A stretch of DNA of 64,000 bases from a virus (Duplodnaviria; Caudoviricetes). The stretch is from positions 9,127 to 73,126 of IMG/VR virus record IMGVR_UViG_3300014204_000172. One strand, written 5' to 3'. The notes under the pieces are model-generated. The model was given only the letters and a program-made list of their open reading frames with translations. It was not told where the DNA came from and made no database searches. Position numbers and translations under genes: made by a program. This document shows, piece by piece, positions 30,708-39,657 of the stretch (position 1 is its first letter; each line of letters opens with the position of its first letter).

Positions 30708-31042
30708 AGTGGATTAATCCGTTCTGATTAGTTTTTAGTAAACAAGCTTCTGTTTCATTTGATTGACTAATCCAAGTGATTAAATATCCTTGAGAGACTT
30801 TCTGCTTCGTTAGTATTTTTGTCTTATATCTTTTTTCTCCATCGGCATAAAAGGATATTATTAGCTGTCTGCCATAATCGATAGGTTTTGTCATTTTATT
30901 TTTCTTGCAGCTTCTTCTAAAATATCAATAGCTTTACTCAAATCTTTTTCTTTCAATTTATTTTTGAGTAACTCAAATTCTGTAGGAGTAAAACAAATAT
31001 TATTGCTCTTGAAATCAATTAGAAATTTTCTTTCTTTTTCTG

Positions 31043-31267
31043 TCATTTTGTTTTTACCGGATCGTCGATAAAGACTTCGTTAATTTCTTTTGACTCAAAC
31101 CCTATTCGATATTCTTCGTAATTACTCATTATGTCTAAACAATCTTTTCGATTTAAAATTAAATTTTTTCTTTTGCAAGCTAATTGACAAACCATAGTGA
31201 TATCAAACATATTTGTTTTTCCGGATTTCTGAACTTTTAAATACGCTTCAAATTTTTCTCTAGTCAT
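31043..31267 (-). CDS. DUF5049-like protein
   Basis: VQKSGKTNMFD...IMSNYEEY pattern. Confidence 0.55.
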   Translation of the reverse strand: MTREKFEAYLKVQKSGKTNMFDITMVCQLACKRKNLILNRKDCLDIMSNYEEYRIGFESKEINEVFIDDPVKTK

Positions 31268-32022
31268 TTTTTTCCTTCTCTTTCTTGTTTTTTTAATGCT
31301 TCAAAAAGAGGACCAAAAAATTTAGTTGTTTCTGGTGTAGTGCTCCATCCTAAATCTGTTTTTGCTTTGTACAAAGAACTCCAAAGTCTTAATGCTTGGC
31401 TACTTGTTAAATTTTCTATAGGTATTTCTAATAACATTTTAGTTATTCTTTTTTTTAGCTAGAGTAAAAACTAGCCATTTTCCTTCTGGATAGTAAGATT
31501 CAAACATTCTTAGAAAAGCGAATAGTTCTGAATCATCAGTAAATGTGTAATGAGTTACGATGTTATTGCTTTCTGGATCAGTAGCTACCTTAATCATTTG
31601 ACGTTCCTTTAATCGTTACAAAGGACCAAGTTAAACCTGGAAAATTGAATTCAAGCATTCTTAATATTTTAATTGTCAAATGTAAAGTTTCTACACATAA
31701 ATATTTAATTTCAGACTCGTGAGTGTTGTACATAATCTTAATCATTTGGATGATCTCTCGATGGATGAAGCCATACAGGAATCGCAAATTGCTCCCTCGT
31801 CACAGGGGCGATTACCGGTAAATGGTGATTCTGAACAATACTGATTCATTTTAATTTGATGGGTAATAGCTGCTTCGACTTGATCGATTTCATCTAAATA
31901 AGATTGCTCTTCGTCCTCATCACATAGAATGAGTTTCTTTTTTAAGGTTGCTAGCTTGTTTTCTAGTCTATCTTTCTCTGTCATTTATTCATCCTTTCGT
32001 CATTTTTTACTAACTACTATTA

Positions 32023-32050
32023 ATTATAGTTATTTTTAATTAATAAACAA
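32023..32050 (-). promoter_or_regulatory. Conserved phage promoter (copy 3)
   Basis: TTGTTT-16-TATAAT followed by TAA; flanks nearly identical to copy 1. Confidence 0.75.
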
Positions 32051-32448
32051 GTCTTTTCTTACTTAAATTCTTGGTTAGGATTAATTTTCTTTTGAACGAT
32101 TTCTTTAGTCTTTATTAATTTCTCATGGTCTTCGTTGATTAATTTAAACATATCTAATGTAACAAGCATAAAGTAGTCATAACTAGACTCTTCAATCTTG
32201 TCATAGATAGTTTTTATTTCACTTCTTCGTATGTAATATTTTTCAACCATTACATGAACTTTGTATTTCTCATTTTCCAAATCAAATAATAAATCCTCAA
32301 AAAGTAGTTTGTATTGAATAGTTTCATTAATATACATCATGATTTCTATCCGATCTAAACCGCTCTGATTATCTGTTCTGTAAGAAAAATAGTAATTACC
32401 AACTAAATAACTCATATATCGATAACTCATACAATCAATAATTTTCAT

Positions 32449-32943
32449 TTATTCCTCTTTAATGATTCCATACTCTCTAATTAATATGTTAATAGTATTT
32501 ACTAATCCATATTGTTTTTTAGCAATCAATTTTACAATCTGTGTATCATCTAAATATGGATAGAAATCATGCACATATATATCAGGAATACATATTTTTT
32601 TCTTGATTGCTATATTTGGTATGGGTATTTTAACTTTCTTAGGATTTAAAGCATCCATGACTAATTTGCATAAATTATCAATATCAGGTTTAACTGTATG
32701 GTTAATTCTTTTTTTTGCTGACTTAGGCTTAATAAATGTAAACTGAATGACCATTACTAATGGAATATTACCCTTCCGAAATTTGATCGCTTCTTCTTTG
32801 TAGTTTTTGATATTCTTAATAAATTCATCAATGATTTCTTTTTCGGCTATAACTGTTTTGGTTGGAGTAAAACTGGAAGTTGAACATATTCTAGCTCTTT
32901 GTTTTCCTACAATCTCGGAAGGGTAAACGGTAAAACTAATCAT
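32449..32943 (-). CDS. rusA: RusA-family Holliday junction resolvase
   Basis: GKQRAR, KPDIDNLCKLVMDAL and DDTQIV motifs. Confidence 0.88.
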   Translation of the reverse strand: MISFTVYPSEIVGKQRARICSTSSFTPTKTVIAEKEIIDEFIKNIKNYKEEAIKFRKGNIPLVMVIQFTFIKPKSAKKRINHTVKPDIDNLCKLVMDALNPKKVKIPIPNIAIKKKICIPDIYVHDFYPYLDDTQIVKLIAKKQYGLVNTINILIREYGIIKEE

Positions 32944-33369
32944 TACTTTTCGTTTTCTAAAATTTCTAGTTCCATACCTAATTCTTCTTGTTCTTTAGCT
33001 GAACCTGTATTATCTGCTGATTCTTTGTTATCCTCTTTGGAAAAATCACCAAACAAAGTCGGCTCTTCTTTCTTTAAAACTTCCGGGTTGATTACTGTAA
33101 TTTCTACTAATAATAAATCTCCATTAATTCCCGAATTGATATCAATAAAATCTTTAAGAATTGCTGATTCGGCTTTGCTAATGGAACCTATTTTAACTGA
33201 TAAGGAATCGTCTTTGTTATTAGTCATTCCTTCTTTTCTACCATGGAAACTAAGCTTAAATTGCTTGAAATTTGTAAAACAAGTATTGGTATCTTTGTCA
33301 TAATACGTACCCGGACAAGTAGTTCTCTTCATACAAAATGCACAAATTTTCATTTAAATCTCTCCTTTA

Positions 33370-33888
33370 TTAATTTATTCTAAACATAGGCTCTGGTTTT
33401 AGCCATACTAATTTACCATTTAATTTAGCATCTTTAATTGCCCACATATTTTGTACTCCATAAGCAACTAAACAAGATGGGGCGTTTGCTGCGTTTTTAG
33501 CTTCTACTCCTGATTTATAAAAGAACTTTAATCTACCCTTAAAGAAAAATATTCCATCAGCCCGGTTAAAAATGAATTCATGGAATCCTTTCGTTTCTGT
33601 TCTGGTGAATATTAATGCTATGCCATTTCCATGGTTAGATAATCTTTCAATCCATTTGAATGCTTGAGATCCATAAGGTGGATTTAACCAAATTCGACCA
33701 ATCCAATCCTGTTTTAATCCATCATTCCAGAAATCTTTATAAAACATAAAATTTGCTGTATCCCATGGTCTTTCTTCTGGTTTTAGATAGCATGGATCCA
33801 AATCAAATTTTCCCAATGCATTGATTAATTTAGGATTAGTAAGCCATTCTTCTTTGTTTCCAATATTGGTGTTAAAATTGTTACTCAT
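33370..33888 (-). CDS. Phage DNA N6-adenine methyltransferase (Dam-like)
   Basis: EWLT, FDLDPC, DGLKQDW, WLNPPY, ALIFTRTET and GRLKF motifs. Confidence 0.85.
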   Translation of the reverse strand: MSNNFNTNIGNKEEWLTNPKLINALGKFDLDPCYLKPEERPWDTANFMFYKDFWNDGLKQDWIGRIWLNPPYGSQAFKWIERLSNHGNGIALIFTRTETKGFHEFIFNRADGIFFFKGRLKFFYKSGVEAKNAANAPSCLVAYGVQNMWAIKDAKLNGKLVWLKPEPMFRIN

Positions 33889-35045
33889 TTAATCTTCTTT
33901 AGCCTCTTTCAATTTTTTTATCATTAAATGAACGAAATGAAATGGTTCTTTCTTTTGTTTCTTTTCGCTTAAATATGAATTAATTGTCGCTAAAGTTGTA
34001 ACAAGGAATTCTGCTAAACTTCTAGCTTCATTTTTAGTTATGTCTATCTTAATCATTTTTAATCCTTTTCTGAAATGAAACATCAATCATTTCAATCTTT
34101 TTAAATGCAGTTATTACTAAATTGTTATGGTTTTCATCGTATTTACAATCGAAGGAACCAACTTCACAATGCAAATCAGTAACTACACATCCAACACCAG
34201 TTAAATAAACTGGTGAAGCTTTTTGTAGTTTTTTATTTAGATAATTCTTGATTCGTATTAAATTCTTCTCGGTGGCTTTTTTCTTTTCATATTTTTTTAG
34301 TATTGGTTTAACTGATTCATAAAATTCTTGTAGGTTCATATTTTAAATCCTTCCAAAGAATTTTCTTTTCTTTGTTTAATCCTAACTAATAGTTTTTTAT
34401 ATCTTTCTTCTTTTCTCTTTTTGTACTCCTGACCACCAATTATTTGATTCAATGATTCAATTTTTTGCTCTATTCCTAGATACTCAAAAACTTTAGGACT
34501 AAAAGAAGCTAAACAAGCTTTTCCTAATATCGCTTTACGATTACCAACTTTGTTTGGTTCTTTGCCTAAAATCTCTTTCTTTTTTTCTAATTTGGAGATT
34601 CTTAATAATATGCTTAACTGATTCATTTTTCTTCTTTTTTGATTGCTTGAATCAATACAGCTTTTGTTAAATCCTCAGACATTTTGTAATACTGTAAAGG
34701 TTCTTTAATCTTTCCTTCTTTTTCCAATATTTTGAATACGGAATCATCGATAGATTCTACGATAACCCGACGAGCTAGTAATTCATCCTTACTCTTGATT
34801 AGTTCCAAATCATAAGTTCTTTGTTGGCTATGTCTGATTTGTAATACAAACTGCAAATGATTTCCAATTAATAGAGGTGTTTCGTTTTCTTTAATCTCAG
34901 TTTTTAATTCTTTTTCCATTTTAGCTAATTCTTTCTGTTGATTCATTAATGTTTTGTACAAATTGCTTTTTTCCAATAACTCTTGAATACCTTTCACGTT
35001 TTCTAGTAATGATTCATACTTAACAATCTTTTCGCTAATTTCCAT
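33889..35045 (-). other. Four hypothetical genes downstream of the replication genes
   Basis: ORFs 33889..34086, 34049..34339, 34336..34626 and 34623..35045. Confidence 0.55.
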
Positions 35046-35408
35046 TTAAAACTCCTTATATATTTATAAATTCAAAGATTCGATAAATTCTAAATTAGTT
35101 TTAATCAATTTTAAACCAGTTGCTAAAGCCTTACTTTTTTTACTTCTTAAATCCAATAAATCTTCTTTATTCATTTTTAAATTTTCAATTTCGTTTTCTA
35201 ATTTTTTTATAATGATTCTCAAAGGTCCTTCAATACCATCTTTCTCTTTGATAACTTCTATTAAATTTTATATCCATCCTGTTGCAGTATTTACTTTTAT
35301 TTTAAGCTCTCTTATTTTTTTACTTGCTATTTCTATAGTCAGCCAGGCTACAAGAATACTTATTAGCGAAATAAAAATTAAAAAACAAAAAATTAATTTT
35401 GTGATCAT

Positions 35409-36305
35409 TTATTTACCTCTCATCGAAGGTCCAATAATCTGGAATCCTTTATTTGTTTTTTTCTGTCTATCGTAAATTCTAGGATAATTTTTCTTAAATT
35501 GACCATCTGAAAGATTCATTGTAAATGAGGTAAATAATCCCCTCGCATAGCGATCGCATATAATTGTATCGAACTGAGAAGTTGCAAATTCTTGCTTATA
35601 TTCAGTTCCAACATCATCAATAAATAAATACTTTGAATCCAATAATTTTTTAACAACAATTTCGTTTTCTTTTAGAATGGCTGTAAAAAATTGGCTTATC
35701 GTTAAAAAGTAGGGTATTTCCTTCTTCAATAATAATTCCTTGATTGCTAAATAAAATAAGGATGTTTTTCCATTTCCAGTCGAACCATAAATAGTAATTC
35801 CTGATTCTAATACTTCTTTCAAATATTTGTTAAATGCCACTTTAATTCCAGCATTAACTCCCTTGATATTTGCTATTTGATATTCAAAAGGGATTACATT
35901 AGGCTTAAATACTTCTAAAGTATTTTGTTTTAATTCTATTGTTTCTCTGTTAAATTGAGATAATAAACAATAACTAGCATTAATTTTGTTGCATGTATAA
36001 ATAAAATGACCACCAAATTCATCTTCAATATTAATTAAGCCATCACAACCGTCTTTGCATCTGTATTGAATATAATTATCAATTTCTTCTTTCGTTTTTC
36101 TAGAAAAAAATACTACTTCTCTAAAATTACGAATAGCTTGAGCCAGCATTATTCGTTCATAACAAAGTTTTAAGTTTCCTTCCTCGCAAGTTTGAAATCT
36201 TTCCATAGCTATTGGAGAAGCGAACCATTCAATATATTTTCTATCAATGCCAATATCGGTTAAAAATCCTTTAAATAGATCACTCATCTGCATTTGCATT
36301 TTCAA
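35409..36305 (-). CDS. DnaC/IstB-like AAA+ ATPase (helicase loader)
   Basis: GSTGNGKT Walker A, LFIDDVGTE Walker B, and RIYDR; directly downstream of the initiator. Confidence 0.88.
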   Translation of the reverse strand: MKMQMQMSDLFKGFLTDIGIDRKYIEWFASPIAMERFQTCEEGNLKLCYERIMLAQAIRNFREVVFFSRKTKEEIDNYIQYRCKDGCDGLINIEDEFGGHFIYTCNKINASYCLLSQFNRETIELKQNTLEVFKPNVIPFEYQIANIKGVNAGIKVAFNKYLKEVLESGITIYGSTGNGKTSLFYLAIKELLLKKEIPYFLTISQFFTAILKENEIVVKKLLDSKYLFIDDVGTEYKQEFATSQFDTIICDRYARGLFTSFTMNLSDGQFKKNYPRIYDRQKKTNKGFQIIGPSMRGK

Positions 36306-37308
36306 ACTCCTTTATGTCTTCATCTGTAATTTCCATTTCGTTTTCCAATTTATGATTGCTAGCATATTCTTTAAATTGTTCTGTATTCATTATCGTATCT
36401 TGTCCTTTTCCATTTGTTTTTTGTAAATCGACTGTATTGTTAAACTGTTTTCTGTTTAGATAGCCTTCAAACTTATTTGAGAATAAAGTTTCCGGTTTTA
36501 AATACTGACTCCATTTTGGATCATGTAACCAATCCAAACATTTGTTATCGATAACTTTATAAAAATCATCTAGTATAAATCCTTCTTTTACCCTTGTGTT
36601 AATTAGTTTTTCAGTCTTCGGAATATCTGTCTTAAAATGACAATTAGTTTTCTCATTTAAATAAGAAATCACTTTTGAATAAAATTCTTTTTTTGTTTTT
36701 AATTCTAAATCAGATTTTAATTCTAAATCTAAATTTTTGGAAGATGAAGAAATAAGAAAAAGCGGATTAGCTTTTTCGTCTCTTTTTATATTTTCTTCTT
36801 CTGTATTTCTTTTAGTTTCTTTTAGTTTAGTTTTATTGGCATCGTTTCGCATTGCCAGCGGATTAGGATCGCATTGCGATTGTAATGCGTTTGTAATGGG
36901 GTCGCATTGCGTTGGTAATGCCATCGCATCATCTATGTTCTCATTATTCCAGCGTTTATATGCATTATTTTTGTTACTTTCTGAAATTTTATTTCTTAGA
37001 CTAATCCAGTTGAGTAAATCTTGATTATAAACTTTTTCTTCTTTTTGAAAGCAGATTGAAAGCAGAATTAAAAAATCCAAAAGTGCTTTTACTTTTTTAG
37101 CAGAAATTCCAATCTGGAATGATAAATTTTTATACAAATTTTCTGAAACAATTAGACAACAATCTTCACGTTTTGCCATGATTTCTAAAATCATCCAATA
37201 AAAGCCATACCCTTCTACTCCGTATTCTCTTCTTAAAGTAACAAAACTATCCTCATTAAATCTATCAATTATGTGAGGAAAGTATGGATGGCTACTTTTA
37301 TATTTCAT
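36280..37308 (-). CDS. Phage replication initiator (DUF4373-like N-terminus, conserved phage C-terminal domain)
   Basis: LRREYGVEGYGFYWMILE at the N-terminus; YLNEKT...EGFILDDFYKVIDNK...YLKPETLFSNKFEGYLN at the C-terminus; low-complexity linker with DNA repeats. Confidence 0.82.
   Translation of the reverse strand: MKYKSSHPYFPHIIDRFNEDSFVTLRREYGVEGYGFYWMILEIMAKREDCCLIVSENLYKNLSFQIGISAKKVKALLDFLILLSICFQKEEKVYNQDLLNWISLRNKISESNKNNAYKRWNNENIDDAMALPTQCDPITNALQSQCDPNPLAMRNDANKTKLKETKRNTEEENIKRDEKANPLFLISSSSKNLDLELKSDLELKTKKEFYSKVISYLNEKTNCHFKTDIPKTEKLINTRVKEGFILDDFYKVIDNKCLDWLHDPKWSQYLKPETLFSNKFEGYLNRKQFNNTVDLQKTNGKGQDTIMNTEQFKEYASNHKLENEMEITDEDIKEFENANADE
36847..36930. repeat. Iteron-like repeats inside the initiator gene (probable origin)
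   Basis: TCGCATTGC at 36847, 36869 and 36902, partial TCGCAT at 36924, interleaved with GTAATG at 36882, 36893 and 36915. Confidence 0.65.
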
Positions 37309-37364
37309 TGGATATTAAAGTTCTCTATCATTTTTAATTTCCTTTCTCTATCTATATTTTAGGA

Positions 37365-37396
37365 GCAGGGGGTACGATAGAGAGAATACCCCCTGC
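37365..37396. other. GC-rich perfect hairpin upstream of the initiator gene
   Basis: GCAGGGGGTA (37365-37374), 12-nt loop, TACCCCCTGC (37387-37396). Confidence 0.7.
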
Positions 37397-37420
37397 AAAT
37401 TGAATTGTAATTGCTAACTT

Positions 37421-37642
37421 CTATTTATCAATGTTTAATTGATTTTGTTTTAAAAACTGTGCCAAAGATTCTTCGCTGATTCTTATGGTTCTTCTTCCAT
37501 GTTTACTTTTGTTTGCATAGTCTTGGTTAGGAGTGAAATCAATAGCTATCAGTTTTCCCTGTTTGATTAATCTCCTAGTAGAATCATCCTGTTTGTATCC
37601 TAGCCTTTTTGTTACTTCTTGCACAGTTAATAATTGACTCAT
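37421..37642 (-). CDS. Excisionase-like (HTH_17/MerR-type) DNA-binding protein
   Basis: LLTVQEVTKRLG...TRRLIKQGKLIA...IRISEESLAQFL. Confidence 0.75.
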   Translation of the reverse strand: MSQLLTVQEVTKRLGYKQDDSTRRLIKQGKLIAIDFTPNQDYANKSKHGRRTIRISEESLAQFLKQNQLNIDK

Positions 37643-37659
37643 ATTTTACCTCTTTCTTT

Positions 37660-38496
37660 TTATTTGTTTGCTGCTGCTGCTGACGGTGATTCTGTTGGAG
37701 TTGTACCAGATACATTTCCATCCGCTTTACCTTTTTTTAAATCTTCCAATCGTTGGATTGTTATAGTTAAGCAATCCTTTTTCTCCTGACTCGATGAAGC
37801 CCAAAATCTGGTATATAACTCCGGGTTATCGCAATCATAGAAAAGCATCATCTTTTCTTTTAACAAATCAAACTCAATTGTTGTTAATTCTGATTCGTTC
37901 TTTTTACCCATCAGTTCTAAAAATTTTGGGTAATCTCCGTGACCGCTATTAAATGTTTTCTGGACTAAATCAAGTTGTTTTGCTGTCAATGGATATGATT
38001 TTACTTTTGGTTCTTCATTCCCGGAATCATTGTCCGATGAATCATTTTCTGGGTCGTCAGCAATAGATAAATCAAATGTCTGAATTTTAAAATATTTGAA
38101 GGATCCGGTTAATGCTTTATAAATTCCTTTGTCTCCGGTGTCTGTACCATCACCAGGCATTCTAACCGAAATGAAATAGCCAGTTTCAACGTCGTTGATA
38201 GTGTATTCTGTAATGATTCGTGCAACTTTTTTGTCAACTATTTCCCCGGTGTCTTTATCGGTTGAAGTGCCTACCGATAATTCTTGACAATCAACGACGT
38301 TAGGAATAATGACTATCTTATTTTCCTGTAAGTGTTTTTTCAATGCAGTAGTAATATTTTCTGATGTGGCGTATCGATATTTGTGAAACTTATTATTTCC
38401 GTCTTTTTCGATATTTTCTACCGCCTGCTGGATTTTTAATATTTTATCCAGCAATTTCATACGACTAGAACGGTCTGAATATATTTCATCACTCAT
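37660..38496 (-). CDS. ERF-family single-strand annealing recombinase
   Basis: KDGNNKFHKYRYAT, DKGIYKALTGSFKYF and DDPEND motifs. Confidence 0.85.
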   Translation of the reverse strand: MSDEIYSDRSSRMKLLDKILKIQQAVENIEKDGNNKFHKYRYATSENITTALKKHLQENKIVIIPNVVDCQELSVGTSTDKDTGEIVDKKVARIITEYTINDVETGYFISVRMPGDGTDTGDKGIYKALTGSFKYFKIQTFDLSIADDPENDSSDNDSGNEEPKVKSYPLTAKQLDLVQKTFNSGHGDYPKFLELMGKKNESELTTIEFDLLKEKMMLFYDCDNPELYTRFWASSSQEKKDCLTITIQRLEDLKKGKADGNVSGTTPTESPSAAAANK

Positions 38497-38528
38497 AATT
38501 AACTCTCCTTATTTATACATAATACTTA

Positions 38529-38556
38529 ATTATAGGTGTTTTTTGTAATTAAACAA
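38529..38556 (-). promoter_or_regulatory. Conserved phage promoter (copy 4), upstream of the ERF-HTH-replication operon
   Basis: TTGTTT-16-TATAAT followed by TAA. Confidence 0.75.
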
Positions 38557-38653
38557 GGATTACTAACTAAAAAAAATATTCAAAATTTATTGTTGATTAA
38601 TTAAATTTAAACTATACTTACTATGCATTCTTCGATGTATTACCCGGTAAACT

Positions 38654-38848
38654 TCACTTATCGGGTAATTTTATTTTTAGCTTCTCAGCTATGGCATCAT
38701 TAATCCAATCCGAAGCTGAATAACTTTTACTAATAATCTTTTTTTTAGTTACCTTACCCTGCAATTCATACAATAAATCCTGGTCGATACAGAACGTATA
38801 ATGTAATCTCGTCTTATTATTTTTTCTAGGTCTGCCTTGTTTTTCCAT
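38654..38848 (-). CDS. Small ribbon-helix-helix-like regulator
   Basis: GRPRK...HYTFCIDQDLLYEL...SASDWINDAIAEKL (beta-alpha-alpha pattern). Confidence 0.6.
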   Translation of the reverse strand: MEKQGRPRKNNKTRLHYTFCIDQDLLYELQGKVTKKKIISKSYSASDWINDAIAEKLKIKLPDK

Positions 38849-38854
38849 GCCGAT

Positions 38855-38883
38855 ATATTAATACGTATGTATTAAAATGTCAA
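38855..38883 (-). promoter_or_regulatory. Promoter TTGACA-17-TAATAT with internal palindromic operator
   Basis: -35 at 38878-38883, -10 at 38855-38860, palindrome TTAATAC-N4-GTATTAA at 38858-38875; the ATG is 6 nt downstream of the -10. Confidence 0.7.
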
Positions 38884-38975
38884 TTGGTAATTTCGGGGGC
38901 TCGGAATCACACAAGCCCCCTATATATACAAGGAGAGTATTGCTACTCAATAAAAGTTTACTACAAATTGAAAAT

Positions 38976-39033
38976 AAAAAAAGAGAGTAAGTATCTTTTT
39001 AATCGTCACTAAAAAGTGCTAACTTACTCCCTC
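38976..39033 (-). terminator. Intrinsic terminator T3
   Basis: Minus strand GAGGGAGTAAGT...ACTTACTCTC followed by a U-tract. Confidence 0.65.
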
Positions 39034-39084
39034 TTTAATCCGTAAGTGAATCATTCTGCAATTTAGCATTGCTGGCTAATATTG

Positions 39085-39113
39085 AGTATAGTTTCTTTTG
39101 ACTACTAATCAAA
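39085..39113 (-). promoter_or_regulatory. Promoter TTGATT-17-TATACT between T2 and T3
   Basis: Read directly on the minus strand; no sizeable ORF follows before T3. Confidence 0.55.
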
Positions 39114-39115
39114 TA

Positions 39116-39147
39116 AAAAAAGGGAGTCCAATTAAAAGTAACTCCCT
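39116..39147 (-). terminator. Intrinsic terminator T2
   Basis: AGGGAGT...ACTCCCT stem followed by a U-tract on the minus strand. Confidence 0.65.
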
Positions 39148-39190
39148 AAGTCTAGTTTGCAGTATTTATAAGTATAAAAACTTTTTAAAT

Positions 39191-39221
39191 AAAAAAAAGA
39201 GCTGGTGGATAGCCAGCTCTT
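39191..39221 (-). terminator. Intrinsic terminator T1 ending the late/lysis operon
   Basis: AAGAGCTGG-ctatcca-CCAGCTCT followed by a long U-tract on the minus strand. Confidence 0.85.
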
Positions 39222-39288
39222 GGTTCTAATAACGAATGTATTGATTTTGCAAATATATTAGGAGCATAAAATGCTTGCCTATTTTTTT

Positions 39289-39636
39289 TTAAATAGCTAC
39301 CACCCCCTTTGATTTTAAATATGCCAATCTTCTAGCTTTCATTAATGCTACTGGTTTACGCCAGAAAGCTTCCCATACTATTTTTGTCTCAGCAACTAAC
39401 ATTAGCCATAAAGTAGCTATGTCAGTCATGGATTGCCAATTAATTTGGAATCCATTCTTGACTCCAACTACAATAATCGCTGATATAACGCAGTAGAGAG
39501 CCACTAATAATGCTTTTTTAATTCCATCAGCCATGGGTGATAAAACTTCTATGATTAATGGAGCAAAGAAACCCCAAACCAGCGAAATTATGGTAAAAAT
39601 ACCCATCCAAAGTTGAACTCTCACAACTGGATCCAT
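39289..39636 (-). CDS. Holin-like membrane protein
   Basis: About three hydrophobic helices and a basic C-terminus; adjacent to the endolysin. Confidence 0.7.
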   Translation of the reverse strand: MDPVVRVQLWMGIFTIISLVWGFFAPLIIEVLSPMADGIKKALLVALYCVISAIIVVGVKNGFQINWQSMTDIATLWLMLVAETKIVWEAFWRKPVALMKARRLAYLKSKGVVAI

Positions 39637-39657
39637 AATGCATTCCTCCTCAAATAA

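Noticed and set aside
37421-37642. Excisionase as evidence of an integration module
   Set aside because: There is no integrase or att-like context; such HTH proteins also act as general regulators.
38850-39290. tRNA genes or a CRISPR array in the largest intergenic region
   Set aside because: No cloverleaf or T-loop GTTCGA motif and no regularly spaced direct repeats; the hairpins are terminator-like. None was seen elsewhere by eye, and tRNAscan-SE would be the decisive check.
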